64,000 nt of DNA from Terriglobia bacterium (lineage in GTDB: Bacteria > Acidobacteriota > Terriglobia > 20CM-2-55-15). The stretch spans positions 1 through 64,000 of the forward strand of contig CBDCLE010000002.1 in NCBI GenBank assembly GCA_965218585.1, in the 5' to 3' direction. Below are positions 9,680-20,529 of this stretch, in pieces; within the stretch, counting starts at the first letter, position 1, and every line of letters starts with the position of its first letter. The notes under the pieces are model-generated. The model was not told the origin of the DNA, did no database searches, and worked only from the letters and a program-made list of their open reading frames with translations. The translations under genes and the position numbers were made by a program.

Positions 9680-12600
9680 TCAGCGGATGGAATACGCGTC
9701 CGGCGTGTTCATCACGACCGCAGCGACATTGGTCAGAGCCGCAAGGCGTGGAACATCCAGGTCCGGATCGAGGGACACGACGCCCGTCTGCACCAGGAGG
9801 TCTGCATTCGCTGGTTGCTCGCGAAACCGATCCAACTCCCGTTCGTAGTAATCGCGCAACCTCGACACCTCATCGGGGGTCGGGGACCGCCGTGCCGCGA
9901 GGCGGAACAGCCGTGCGATCCGCTCGTCGGTGCCGCCCAGTTCTTCCATCACACCCGAGGCCATCACGCGGTACACCTCGATGTACTGAGGATCGTTCCA
10001 GAGTGTCAGGGCCTGCAGCGGCGTATTGGACACGTTGCGCGCCACCTTGCTCACGTTGCTGTCCGCCATATCGAACACGGCCATTGCCGGATGCGGTGCA
10101 TTCCGTTTCACATAGGTATAGAGGCTCCTTCGGTGGTGATCTTCGGCTGCAATCTCCCATGGCTGGGGGTACCGGAAAAAGGCGCCTGCCGCTTCCCAGA
10201 TCCCCCCGGGCTGGTAGGGTTTGACGGGTGGGCCGCCGACGGTGGCGACCAGGAGTCCACTGACCGCCAGAGCTTTGTCACGCACCATTTCCGCCGACAT
10301 CCTCTGACGCATACCCCGGGACAACAGACGATTCTCCGGATCCAGTTCGAGCGAAGCGTCGCCCGCGTCAGAAGTCTGCCGGTAGGTCTCGGACATCACG
10401 ATCGTTTTGTGCAACGCTTTGACATCCCATCCGGACTCGGTGAACTCGACCGAAAGCCACTCGAGCAATGCTGGATGAGTCGGAACCGAACCTTGCGAAC
10501 CGAAGTCCTGAGGCGTATCGACCAGGCCCCGGCCAAAGTGCATCGTCCAGACCCGATTGACGAATACACGCGAGGTCAATGGATGCTCAGGATCGAACAG
10601 CCATTCGGCCAGACCGAGCCGATTCCTTTCTAAGGATTCATCCCATACGAAAACCTGCTCAGGCGCCTCCGGGTCCACCGGATCCTGCCGCGAGGTATAG
10701 AGTCCCCGGTCCAGCACGTAGGTCTGCCGAGGTTCGGCGGTATCCCCCATCACGAGGATTTCGGACTGCACTGAAACGATTCGATTGTGGGCTTCCCTTA
10801 CTGTCCGACGCTTCTCTTTCGCTTCGAGCACACTGGCGTCGAGCGCGACGGCCCATTCGGTAACGCCCTGGCGCAGGGCGTCGTCATCCATCCCGACGAC
10901 CGATTCCTGATCGTGGAGGTAGCGCACCTCCAATGGTGTCAGGGCGCGGCCGAAGATGCGGATTTCATCCAGAGCCCCTCCGTCGACCAATCCTGTGTGA
11001 CGGAAACGCTTGCCGTAAGTCATTCCTTCAAACGTGTCCAGCCGCGATGCGTAACTCATCGGCAAGATCGTCCGCGTCAGATAATCGGCGCGAACCTCAA
11101 CTTCAGCGAGTTCTCCGTTGACGTACAAACCGATGCCGGAGGCTTGGCTCGAACCGTCATAGGTTACGGTCACGTGCGTCCATTCACCGATCTTTACTGG
11201 ATCACGGGAAACGATCTCCAGCATGTTGAAGGGCCAGGAGTACACCATCCGAAAACGGAGATGATTGTTTTCCAGGTCCAGTTCATAGCCCGTCCCGCCG
11301 GTGGTGTCCTCGTCCCGGTGGTCCAGGACCAGCGAGTCTTCGTACTCGCGGGCAGCCAGGAGCCACAGGTCGAAGGCAAAGTCGTCGGTGCGTTCGTACC
11401 GGCCGATGTTTCGGCCCAGGACACCTCGGTTCGTATCGTCGAAGAACAGAGCCGTTCCGCTGACTCCCGACCTCAAAATCGGGTTTTCAACCACGCCCAA
11501 CGTGTTGCTGTCGGTCTCAATCTCGTTCGGAAGGTACGTCGAAATGTCCTTTGTCATGTTCATCGGCAGTCTGGGGTCACGGTTGACAAAGAGACTCGCT
11601 CCGCCTTCGGGTGCCGGTTCAGCTTCCGGCTCATCTGGGTTGGGGGGCGGAGGGCCCCGCATTTCCCGTTCCCACGACAGAGAATCCGGTGCCTGGTTGC
11701 GGGACAGAACCGGGGGCATCAATTCTTCGGAGTAAGGCAGAATGCGGTCAAACGAGTAGTGCGCCGCCGTCGCGTCGGCGATCGATTGGTCGAAACCCTC
11801 GGCCAATTCCCGACGCTTGGGAAGAGGCGCGTCCAGCAGACCTTCCCACCACTCTCTGGTCACGCTGACCAACGCATCAACTTGGTTCGAGACACTGGAG
11901 GTCGCAATCCGCCGGGCTTCCTCATATCCGGCTTCCGCATCCTGTATCGCGCGTTCAGCGTCAGCAATCTGCCGATCGGTCTCCGGGTCCGTCAACATCA
12001 TTGTGGGACCGGCCTGGACACCACTCTGGCCATGCGGATAGAACCCGGGCTCGGGCACACTGTTGAAGAAACCAACCAGCTGATAATAATCTTGCTGGGT
12101 GATGGGGTCGTACTTGTGATCGTGACACCGGGCGCAGCCCACCGTCAGCCCCAGGAATGCACTACCGATTGTCTCGGCACGGTCGAGCGTGTACTCCACG
12201 CGCCATTCTTCATCGATCGCCCCGTTTTCTGCGTTCCTCTTGTTCAACCGTAAGAAAGCTGTCGCCAGCGTCTGTTCTCTTCCGATGCCATCAGGAAGCG
12301 TGTTCCGATCCGTGCCGTGGTCGATCAGATCCCCAGCCAACTGCCACGTCGAAAACTGGTCGAACGGCATGTTCCGATTGAACGCCGAGATCACCCAATC
12401 TCTCCAGGGCCATAGGAAGCGGTTATGGTGATCGTCCAGATAACCGTCGGTATCGGCATAACGCGCCACGTCCATCCAGTACCGTGCCATCTTCTCGCCG
12501 TATGCTTCAGACGCCAGCAACCGATCGACAAGTTGCTCGTAAGCGTCGGGCCGGGTGTCGTTGACGAAGGCGTCTACTTCATCCAGCGTCGGTGGAAGTC

Positions 12601-13186
12601 CGGTCAGCGTGAGGCTCGCGCGGTTGATCAGAGTCTCCCTGTCCGCTTCGGGCGATTGAGGGATCCCCGCATCCGCGAGCCGCGCCAGCACAAACCGGTC
12701 GACTTCGTTTCGAGATCGGTTCGAAGACTGTGCTGCGGGAAGGTCGGGCCTGGCGGGAGCGATGAAGGCCCAGTGAGGCCTGTACTGGGCGCCCTCAGCA
12801 ATCCACTGTTCCAGTGTGGCAATCTCCTCGCGCGTCAATTCTTTGTTCGAACCGAACGCGGGCATCCGCTCAAATTCATTGTCGGAGTTGATCCGCCGGA
12901 CCAGTTCGCTGGTCTCCGGTGAACCCGGCACGATCACACGCATTGCAATTTCGGGATCGTCCAGTCTCAGACCGGCCTGCTGGGTACCCGGACCGTGGCA
13001 CTGAAAACAGTTGTCCGACAGAATCGGCTTCACGTCCCAGTTGAAGTCCACCGGACTGTCTGATGCGGCCGGCGTTAGCTCTGCCTGCTGCCCGGCGACG
13101 CCTACTCCCGCATAGCCGGCCAGAAACAGCGCGGATAACAAGACGCTACCGATAACAATACGGTTGAAGTTACTGCGATGCCTCAT
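9680..13186 (-). CDS. Planctomycete cytochrome c / DUF1549 / LamG / DUF1553 protein, paralog B
   Basis: CFQCH and CARCH haem motifs; colinear with the other two paralogs; ends MNTPDAYSIR. Confidence 0.9.
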   Translation of the reverse strand: MRHRSNFNRIVIGSVLLSALFLAGYAGVGVAGQQAELTPAASDSPVDFNWDVKPILSDNCFQCHGPGTQQAGLRLDDPEIAMRVIVPGSPETSELVRRINSDNEFERMPAFGSNKELTREEIATLEQWIAEGAQYRPHWAFIAPARPDLPAAQSSNRSRNEVDRFVLARLADAGIPQSPEADRETLINRASLTLTGLPPTLDEVDAFVNDTRPDAYEQLVDRLLASEAYGEKMARYWMDVARYADTDGYLDDHHNRFLWPWRDWVISAFNRNMPFDQFSTWQLAGDLIDHGTDRNTLPDGIGREQTLATAFLRLNKRNAENGAIDEEWRVEYTLDRAETIGSAFLGLTVGCARCHDHKYDPITQQDYYQLVGFFNSVPEPGFYPHGQSGVQAGPTMMLTDPETDRQIADAERAIQDAEAGYEEARRIATSSVSNQVDALVSVTREWWEGLLDAPLPKRRELAEGFDQSIADATAAHYSFDRILPYSEELMPPVLSRNQAPDSLSWEREMRGPPPPNPDEPEAEPAPEGGASLFVNRDPRLPMNMTKDISTYLPNEIETDSNTLGVVENPILRSGVSGTALFFDDTNRGVLGRNIGRYERTDDFAFDLWLLAAREYEDSLVLDHRDEDTTGGTGYELDLENNHLRFRMVYSWPFNMLEIVSRDPVKIGEWTHVTVTYDGSSQASGIGLYVNGELAEVEVRADYLTRTILPMSYASRLDTFEGMTYGKRFRHTGLVDGGALDEIRIFGRALTPLEVRYLHDQESVVGMDDDALRQGVTEWAVALDASVLEAKEKRRTVREAHNRIVSVQSEILVMGDTAEPRQTYVLDRGLYTSRQDPVDPEAPEQVFVWDESLERNRLGLAEWLFDPEHPLTSRVFVNRVWTMHFGRGLVDTPQDFGSQGSVPTHPALLEWLSVEFTESGWDVKALHKTIVMSETYRQTSDAGDASLELDPENRLLSRGMRQRMSAEMVRDKALAVSGLLVATVGGPPVKPYQPGGIWEAAGAFFRYPQPWEIAAEDHHRRSLYTYVKRNAPHPAMAVFDMADSNVSKVARNVSNTPLQALTLWNDPQYIEVYRVMASGVMEELGGTDERIARLFRLAARRSPTPDEVSRLRDYYERELDRFREQPANADLLVQTGVVSLDPDLDVPRLAALTNVAAVVMNTPDAYSIR

Positions 13187-13446
13187 ATCAAAGCGCCCCC
13201 GTTATGATCGTCAGGAGTCAGCCCGCTCGCACGTAAATGCTAACAGGCTGTGTGTATTGACTGCACCAAAGAACGGATGTCTTTAGAATCACATTCTACT
13301 AATTTCAGGGGCATACCTCCACTCACAAGAACGATAAACGCACCGACCGGATTGGAGATGAAAAGCGGTTAGGGTCTGAGGGCGAAGCAACGGCGGAAGC
13401 TGTTGTGCCGGGATGGTGTGTCTCTCGCGTCGGTTGCCTGGCGAGA

Positions 13447-14969
13447 TTAGCGCAGGCGGCACTCGAAGCTGGCGGCGGCGTTGGTGTCGCCTTCGCCGCT
13501 GTACACGGCCACCTGCGGGTAGGCGCAGAGCGGTCGCGTCTTATCCATGGCTCCGTCGGTGGCACCGTCGGCCAGGTGCGAAGCATCTACGCGGTCGGGC
13601 GCCTCGCCCGAGGTGCGCCAGGCGTCCAGGACGGCCACTTGATCCCAGGTGTCGGTACCCGCACCGCCACGGCAGTGGTTCACCCGGGCATCATTAAAAG
13701 GCGGATCGAGTCGGCCGCAAGGGTAGGGGTCGTGGCCGTCACGTCGTTGTAGTAGTTCACGCTGTTGAACGGCGAGATCAACGGGTCGTTCCAGCCGTGG
13801 TACATGAGCAGCTTGCCTCCGCGGCTGAAGAACGGTTCCAGGTTCGGATCGATTGCCTGCATGCCCACGCTGTCCACTCGAGCATCGATCGTCGCGAGAT
13901 CGCGGTCGAAGTCGAGCGTCCGGAAATCCCATTCGGGATTCTGGTTGATCACGAATCGGTGGATGTCGCGGGCGTAGGCGAACGGTTCGCCTCCAGCCAT
14001 GCCTGTCCAACCCAGTTCGCTGCCCCGGGCCAACCCGGGGTAGATTTGCCGGTCCGTGCTTCGGTTGACAGCGCCGCCATAGATTTTCCTGGCCGCGGCA
14101 ACCTGGGGCGTGGTGAGCGCCTCCACGCCACCCGGGTCGAAGCTGCACGCCAACGGGTTCTCCAGTACACCGTCCGCCACGCCGTCGCTGGCGTCGCAGG
14201 CGGCGAGCGCTCCCCGGTGCAGGGAGGCGAACCCTTTCTCGGAAATCGCGGACCCCGGATCATCCAGAACAGCGCGGGCCGTCCAGAGCTGCTGTGTCGT
14301 CATGCGGACAGTCGAGTTAGCCGCCGCACCGGCGATAATTGCATCGAAGTCCGCCGGGTACCGCTGGGCGGCCGTCAGTGCCTGGCGTCCGCCCCCAGAA
14401 CAACCAGTGAAGTAAGACAGCTGCGGGCTCGTGCCGTAACGGGCCGCGATGAGCGACTTGGCCGCCACAGTCATTTCGTGGATCGCCTGGTGGGCGTAGT
14501 CGATAAGTTTCTCGCGATTCAAAGCAAAGGCCGGGTCGTTGCCGGTGTGCCCGGTGTCCGTGCTTGCAGCCGCGTAGCCATCGGCAACTGCCGAACCGAG
14601 ACCCTGGTAGCCAATCGATCCCGCGAAACCGCCGTTCCCAAGTGCCAGCAGTTTGCCGTTCCATCCCACGGCGGGCAGCCAGACCTCGATGAGTATCTCC
14701 GAGCCGGGGGCCGGCGAGAGGTGTGCCACGATTCGGCAGAAGGCCGGCACCTCGGTCAGGAGTCGGCCGCCACCGCGGCCTCCCGGAGGTGTCGTAAACT
14801 CGCCGGCACCAACTGCCTCGGCTAGCGCGACGGTGCCGCCGGCCAGCACATGGCCGGTGATGGAGGTGCATGCCTCGGTCGAGACTTCCTTCTGTGCTTC
14901 GGCCCTGGCGGGTGTCACGACCATCGCCACCAGAAGTACGAAGGTCGCCGAAATCGTTGTCTTGTGCAT
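13447..14969 (-). CDS. Tannase/feruloyl esterase family alpha/beta hydrolase (one -1 frameshift near 13683)
   Basis: Signal peptide, GCSGGG nucleophile, KLLMYHGWNDPLI. The C-terminal MPG(V)NHCRGG..RPLCAYP continues in another frame; adding one G to a GGG run restores it. Confidence 0.85.
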
Positions 14970-15051
14970 GAGTGTTCTCTCTCGGTCGTAATTCGCGAGC
15001 CGAATGTCTATCCTCTCGCCAGGGGAAGCCCGCCCCGCTGACCAGCGGCCA

Positions 15052-16506
15052 CTATGCCAGAACTTCGTTCAGGACCTCGCCATGAACGTCGGTCAGGCGG
15101 AAATCCCGACCCTGGTAACGGAACGTCAGGCGTTCGTGTTCGATACCCAGCAGATGCATCATCGTCGCTTGGAAGTCATGAATGCTGACCGGATTCTCGG
15201 TGATGTTGTAGGAGAAATCGTCGCTGGCACCATAGCTGGTTCCTGCCTTGACACCGGCTCCCGCCATCCAGAACACAAAGTTGCCGCCGTGGTGATCGCG
15301 CCCGAAGGTGGACGTAAGGATGCCCTGCGCAAACGAGGTCCGGCCGAACTCGGTGGCAAACACAACCAACGTGTCCTCCAGAAGTCCCCTTTGCTTGAGG
15401 TCTTTTACCAGAGCCGCCGTGCCCTGATCGATGTCACGGCACTTTGCTGGTTCCTGCCTTTCGATATTTCCATGCGCATCCCAGCCGCGGTCGAAGAGCG
15501 TAACGAACCGGACATCGCGTTCGATTAGCCTCCGGGCCAGAAGAGCGTTACGGGCATAGGTCCCCGGAGTGTTTACGTCTTCGCCATACATATCGAGAAT
15601 ACTTTGTGGCTCGTCGGAAATGTCCGACAGCTCGGGCACAGAAGCTTGCATCCGGTAAGCCATCTCATACTGGCTGACACGCGAAAGGATGTCGGGATCT
15701 CTGGACACCTGATACTGATCCTGGGCGAGCGAGGAGACCAAACCCAGCATGTCCGTCCGTGAATCGGCCGGGAGTCCCGGCGGGCTTGAAACATAGGGTA
15801 CGGGCTCTTCGCCGGCTCGGAACTCGACGCCCTGATACTGCGATGGGAGGAACCCATTACCCCAGGCTGCCATGTCATTGGGCACACCGCCCGAGTTGCC
15901 GGACTGCATCACGACGAACGCTGGGAGGTCCTTGTTGTTCGACCCCAGCGCGTAGGAAACCCATGCGCCTTCCGAGGGTCGTCCGGCCAACTGGAAGCCG
16001 GAGTGCAACCACTTCGACGCCGGATCGTGGTTCACATGTTCGGTATACATCGACTTGATAAAGCACAGATCATCGACGATCTCCGACGTATAGGGCAGCA
16101 GGTCACTCACCCATGCGCCGCTTTCGCCGTATTGCTTGAACGGGGCCAGAGGGCCGACCATCGGATACGACGTTTGTCCGGCAACCATCGTCGACAGGCG
16201 GGCCGTTCCCCTCACCGATGGCGGAAGTTCCTCGCCGTGCCTCGCCTCCAGGACCGGCTTGTAGTCGAACGTGTCGACCTGCGAGATCGCACCCAGGGTA
16301 TGGATGAATATCACCCTCTTTGCACGAGGCTCGTGATGCGTCTGGGGCAGCAGACCTGAATTGACTTCCGGAATGTTCTGGGGTGCGGCCGACGTCTCCA
16401 GGCTCCCCATCAACTGGCCCAGGGAAAGCGCACCCAAACCATATCCGGCCCGCAACATGAAAGAGCGGCGATCCAACCCGTTTTTTTTCAGTTCATCGTG
16501 ATTCAT
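15052..16506 (-). CDS. DUF1501 family Tat-exported sulfatase-like protein, paralog A
   Basis: DRRSFML Tat motif and DUF1501 motifs; very close to paralog B. Confidence 0.9.
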   Translation of the reverse strand: MNHDELKKNGLDRRSFMLRAGYGLGALSLGQLMGSLETSAAPQNIPEVNSGLLPQTHHEPRAKRVIFIHTLGAISQVDTFDYKPVLEARHGEELPPSVRGTARLSTMVAGQTSYPMVGPLAPFKQYGESGAWVSDLLPYTSEIVDDLCFIKSMYTEHVNHDPASKWLHSGFQLAGRPSEGAWVSYALGSNNKDLPAFVVMQSGNSGGVPNDMAAWGNGFLPSQYQGVEFRAGEEPVPYVSSPPGLPADSRTDMLGLVSSLAQDQYQVSRDPDILSRVSQYEMAYRMQASVPELSDISDEPQSILDMYGEDVNTPGTYARNALLARRLIERDVRFVTLFDRGWDAHGNIERQEPAKCRDIDQGTAALVKDLKQRGLLEDTLVVFATEFGRTSFAQGILTSTFGRDHHGGNFVFWMAGAGVKAGTSYGASDDFSYNITENPVSIHDFQATMMHLLGIEHERLTFRYQGRDFRLTDVHGEVLNEVLA

Positions 16507-16509
16507 CGT

Positions 16510-16531
16510 TTACTCCCCGGTTACTCCCCGG
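16510..16531. repeat. Perfect 11-bp tandem duplication covering the RBS of DUF1501 paralog A
   Basis: ttactccccgg x2 (minus strand CCGGGGAGTAA x2) just upstream of ATG 16506. Confidence 0.85.
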
Positions 16532-16537
16532 CCAAAT

Positions 16538-16566
16538 TGCAGGGGCGGTCATAGACCGCCCCTGCA
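16538..16566. repeat. REP-like perfect hairpin between the cytochrome gene and DUF1501
   Basis: tgcaggggcggtc-ata-gaccgcccctgca; 13-bp stem with the REP core GCGGTC-ATA-GACCGC. Confidence 0.7.
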
Positions 16567-16567
16567 T

Positions 16568-19500
16568 CTAGCGAATCGAATACGCATCCGGTGTGTTCAT
16601 CACAACCGTCGTAACGTTGGTCAACGCTGCCAGTTCCAGAACGTTCCGGTCCGGATCAACAGGGGTGACTCCAATTTGCACCAGCTCATCCGCATTCTCC
16701 GGTTCCGCAGCAAACCGATCCAATTCCCGCTGGTAATACTCGCGTAGCATCGACAACTCGTCCGCGGTCGGGGGACGTCGCACCGACAGACGGAACAAGC
16801 GCTCGATTCTATCGTCGCTGTCTTCCACGTCTCCCATTACGCCCGACGCCAAAACACGGTACGCCTCGATGTACTGGGGATCGTTCCAGAGCGTCAAGGC
16901 CTGGAGCGGCGTGTTGGACACGTTGCGGCCCACGTTGCTGTGGTTCCGGTCCGCAAAATCGAACACGGCCATGGACGGATGCGGCGCATTCCGCTTCACA
17001 AACGTATACATGCTCCGCCTGTGGTGTTCTTCAGCAGGAACGGCCCCAGCTTCGGGATACCGATTGAACGCTCCGGCTGCTTCCCAGATCCCCCCCGGCT
17101 GGTAGGGCTTCGTGCTGGGGCCACCGATGGTCGGAATCAGAAGGCCGCTTATGGCGAGAACGTTGTCCCGAACCATTTCCGCAGGCATCCGCTGCCGCAT
17201 CCCCCTCGACAGAAACCGGTTTTCCGGATCGTTCTCCAGTGAAGCATCGCTCGAATCGGATGTCTGCCGGTAAGTAGCCGACATCACGATCTTCTTGTTT
17301 AACGCCTTGACGTCCCAACCGGACTCCATGAACTCGACCGAAAGCCAGTCGAGCAGTTCGGGGTGCGTTGGTACCGCGCCCTGCGAACCGAAGTCCTGTG
17401 GAGTGTTGACCAGGCCTCGGCCGAAGTGAGTCGTCCAGAGCCGGTTGACGAACACGCGCGACGTCAACGGGTGCTCGGGGTCGAACAGCCATTCGGCCAG
17501 CCCGATCCGGTCCTTCGGAAGCATTTCGTCCCATACAAAGATCTGTTCCGGTGCCTGGGGATCCACCGGATCCCGCCGTTGGTTATAGAGACCCCGGTCC
17601 AGAATGTACGTCTGTCGCGGCTGGGCTGTGTCTCCCATCACCAGAACCTCGGGCACCAGCGACACGATCTGATTCTGTGCCTCCCGAGCTTCGCGCAACT
17701 GTTCCTTCGCTTCGACCACGCCGGGATCGAGCGCTACGGCCCATTCGGTCACACTCCGACTGAGCGCCTCAGACCCCATCTCCAGCGCCGTTTCGTTATC
17801 GTGGAGGAAGCGCACTTCGAGCGGCGTCAACGCGCGATCGAATACGCGGAGTTCGTCGAGCGCACCCCCGCCTACTAGTCCTGTCTCACGGAAACGCTTT
17901 CCGACGACCAGCCCCACGTAAGCATCCAACACGGCTCCGTAGCTCCTCGGCAGGATGGTGCGGGTCAGGTGGTCCTTGTTGACATCGACTTCGGCCAGTT
18001 CCCCGTTGACGTACAGCCCGATGCCTTTGGCCCGGCTCGATCCGTCGTAGGTGATCGTCACGTGCGTCCATTCGTCAATCGGGACAGGCTCACGCGATAC
18101 GACTTCCAGCATATTGAAGGGCCAGGAATACATCAGTCGCAGTTGAAGACGATTGTTCACCAAGTGCAACTCATAGCCCGAGGCGCCTGAGTTGTCGTCG
18201 TCCCTATTGTCAATCACCAACGAGTCTTCGTATTCGCGCGCTGCCAGGAGCCAGAAATCCAGAGCGAACTCATCGGTGCGATCGTAGAAACCGATATCTC
18301 GGCCAAGAACGCCGCGGTTGGTGTCGTTGAAGAACAAAGCTGTGCCGCGTACTCCCGACCTCAGGATGGGATCTTCGACCATCGCCAGTGTGTTCGTCTC
18401 GGTTTCGATTTCGTTGGGCAGGAACGTCACCAGATCGGACGTCATGTTCATGGGCAGCCGTGGAGCCTCAGGTCCGTTCCCGCCCTGGGCCTGTTGCTGT
18501 GCCGGTGACTCCGGAGCCGGTGTCTCATCAGCGGACGTATCAGAATCTTCAGAATCTTCTGACGAAGGAACGGGCGGAGGCAAGAAGGGATTCCGGTCAG
18601 GTAACGGATCAAACACCAGAGAAATCGGCGCCTGCCCGCGCTGTCTCCCTTCAGGCATCTCTTCAAACGAGAAGGGAAGAACACGGTCGAAGGAGTAGTA
18701 TGCCGTGGTCGCTTCCGCTATCGATCCGTCGAGATCGTCGGCTAATTCTTCGCGGGTTGAAACCGGAGTGTCCAGCAGGGCTTCCCACCACTCTCTGCTC
18801 AAACGGACCAGGCTTTCCACCTGGTCTGAGACTCCGTTCCTCGCGAGCCGGGCGGCCTCTTCGTAGGCCGCTTCCGCGCCTTCGATTTCCGCTTCAGCAG
18901 CAGCGATCTGCCGGTCGGTTTCTTCGTCCGTCCACATCAGTGTGGGACCGGCCTGCACTCCGCTGTGACCCACGGCGTAAAACCCGGGTTCGTCCACGCT
19001 GTTGAAAAAACCAACGAGTTCATAGTAGTCCCGCTGAGTGATCGGGTCGTATTTGTGATCGTGACATCGGGCGCAACCCACGGTCAGGCCCAGGAAGGCG
19101 GTACCGATGGTTTCAGCCCGGTCGAGCGTGTACTCCACGCGATACTCTTCGTGGATCGCACCGTTTTCGGTAGACCGCTTATTCACCCTCAAGAAGCTAG
19201 TCGCGAGAGTCTGTTCCCTCTCGATCCCCTCCGGGTTCGTGTCAGGCGTCGTTCCATGCGCCAATAGGTCCCCTGCCAATTGCCACGTCGAAAACTGGTC
19301 GAACGGCATGTTCCGGTTGAATGCCGAAATCACCCAGTCCCGCCACGGCCACAGGAAACGATTGTGATGGTCGTCTAAGAAACCGTCCGTATCGGCATAG
19401 CGGGCCACGTCCAGCCATTGACGCCCCATATGCTCGCCATACGCTTCGGACGCCAATAGCCGGTCGACAAGCTGCTCATAAGCGTCCGGACTGGGGTCGG

Positions 19501-20146
19501 CGACGAAAGCGTCCACTTCGTCTAATGTCGGCGGTAAACCCGTCAACGTGAGGCTCACTCTATTGATCAATGTCTCGGGGTCCGCTTCCGCCGATGGAGA
19601 GAGTCCTGCCTCCTCCAGCCGTTCCACAACGAAGCGGTCTACCTTGTTCCCGATCCGGTCGAAAGATGGCGTTTGAGGAAGCAGTGGCCTCTCAGGTGGG
19701 ATAAAGGCCCAGTGCGGCTTGTACTCGGCCCCTTCGGCGATCCACTGTTCAAGGGTCGCGATCTCGTCTGGTGTCAACTCCTTGTTCGACTCGGCCGCCG
19801 GCATTCGCTCGAATTCATTGTCGGAGTTGATGCGACGAACCAATTCGCTCGTTTCGGGGGAACCGGGGACGATCACACGCAATGCAACTTCGGGATCATC
19901 CAGCCGCAGACCCGCCTGTTGCTCGCCCGGGCCGTGGCAGACAAAACAGTTGTCCGAGAGGATCGGTTTGACGTCCCAGTTGTAATCGACGGGTCTGTCT
20001 GACGCGACTCGGGTCAAGTCGGCTTGCTGTCCGGCAAGGCTAACTCCGGCGTAAACCCCCAGAAGCACTCCACCCAACGCGAGGCTGACGACTAACACGT
20101 TTCGGACACGTCTGAGCGTCGATTTCAACTGATTCTTTTTCGGCAC
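16568..20146 (-). CDS. Planctomycete cytochrome c / DUF1549 / LamG / DUF1553 protein, paralog A
   Basis: CFVCH and CARCH haem motifs, LamG domain, DUF1553 C-terminus; long acidic/Pro-rich insert. Confidence 0.9.
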   Translation of the reverse strand: MPKKNQLKSTLRRVRNVLVVSLALGGVLLGVYAGVSLAGQQADLTRVASDRPVDYNWDVKPILSDNCFVCHGPGEQQAGLRLDDPEVALRVIVPGSPETSELVRRINSDNEFERMPAAESNKELTPDEIATLEQWIAEGAEYKPHWAFIPPERPLLPQTPSFDRIGNKVDRFVVERLEEAGLSPSAEADPETLINRVSLTLTGLPPTLDEVDAFVADPSPDAYEQLVDRLLASEAYGEHMGRQWLDVARYADTDGFLDDHHNRFLWPWRDWVISAFNRNMPFDQFSTWQLAGDLLAHGTTPDTNPEGIEREQTLATSFLRVNKRSTENGAIHEEYRVEYTLDRAETIGTAFLGLTVGCARCHDHKYDPITQRDYYELVGFFNSVDEPGFYAVGHSGVQAGPTLMWTDEETDRQIAAAEAEIEGAEAAYEEAARLARNGVSDQVESLVRLSREWWEALLDTPVSTREELADDLDGSIAEATTAYYSFDRVLPFSFEEMPEGRQRGQAPISLVFDPLPDRNPFLPPPVPSSEDSEDSDTSADETPAPESPAQQQAQGGNGPEAPRLPMNMTSDLVTFLPNEIETETNTLAMVEDPILRSGVRGTALFFNDTNRGVLGRDIGFYDRTDEFALDFWLLAAREYEDSLVIDNRDDDNSGASGYELHLVNNRLQLRLMYSWPFNMLEVVSREPVPIDEWTHVTITYDGSSRAKGIGLYVNGELAEVDVNKDHLTRTILPRSYGAVLDAYVGLVVGKRFRETGLVGGGALDELRVFDRALTPLEVRFLHDNETALEMGSEALSRSVTEWAVALDPGVVEAKEQLREAREAQNQIVSLVPEVLVMGDTAQPRQTYILDRGLYNQRRDPVDPQAPEQIFVWDEMLPKDRIGLAEWLFDPEHPLTSRVFVNRLWTTHFGRGLVNTPQDFGSQGAVPTHPELLDWLSVEFMESGWDVKALNKKIVMSATYRQTSDSSDASLENDPENRFLSRGMRQRMPAEMVRDNVLAISGLLIPTIGGPSTKPYQPGGIWEAAGAFNRYPEAGAVPAEEHHRRSMYTFVKRNAPHPSMAVFDFADRNHSNVGRNVSNTPLQALTLWNDPQYIEAYRVLASGVMGDVEDSDDRIERLFRLSVRRPPTADELSMLREYYQRELDRFAAEPENADELVQIGVTPVDPDRNVLELAALTNVTTVVMNTPDAYSIR

Positions 20147-20529
20147 GTCATTCTCCCGCGGCCATATGCCTTCTCTACTAAGGACGGATTTAAACTAAAG
20201 CGGCTGACCGTTCGAACGGCCTGACGACCACTAACAGAACCATAGCTTCAGGTAAAAAAAGCCGTTTACGCCTGTCTAATATACACAGAAAGTGTTAGGA
20301 ATGACCCCGCCTTTTTAACCCCTGCCGACGATATTCATTGTCTCGCGGTCCCGTTCCCGGAACAATTGCCTTGCTAGCCCGCTGGGCGCAGTGTAAGTTG
20401 CCCGCATCAGGGGCCGCCCAATGCCCCTCAGGGGTAAGGTTCAGGTGCATAAACTAATGACACAGCTAGCCGTGCGGTCCATCGCGTACGTTTGGCGCGG
20501 TCGGCACATATGACGCATAAGGGGAAACA

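Noticed and set aside
323-20002. Long plus-strand ORFs (e.g. 323-1138, 6404-7591, 10787-12253, 13797-14825)
   Set aside because: Antisense shadows of well-supported minus-strand genes in GC-rich DNA, with no motifs.
13240-20298. Similar ctaaca..ctgtgt.tatt.gac motifs upstream of two cytochrome genes (13240 plus strand, about 20275 minus strand) as a shared operator
   Set aside because: Only two gapped, oppositely oriented instances; could be chance.
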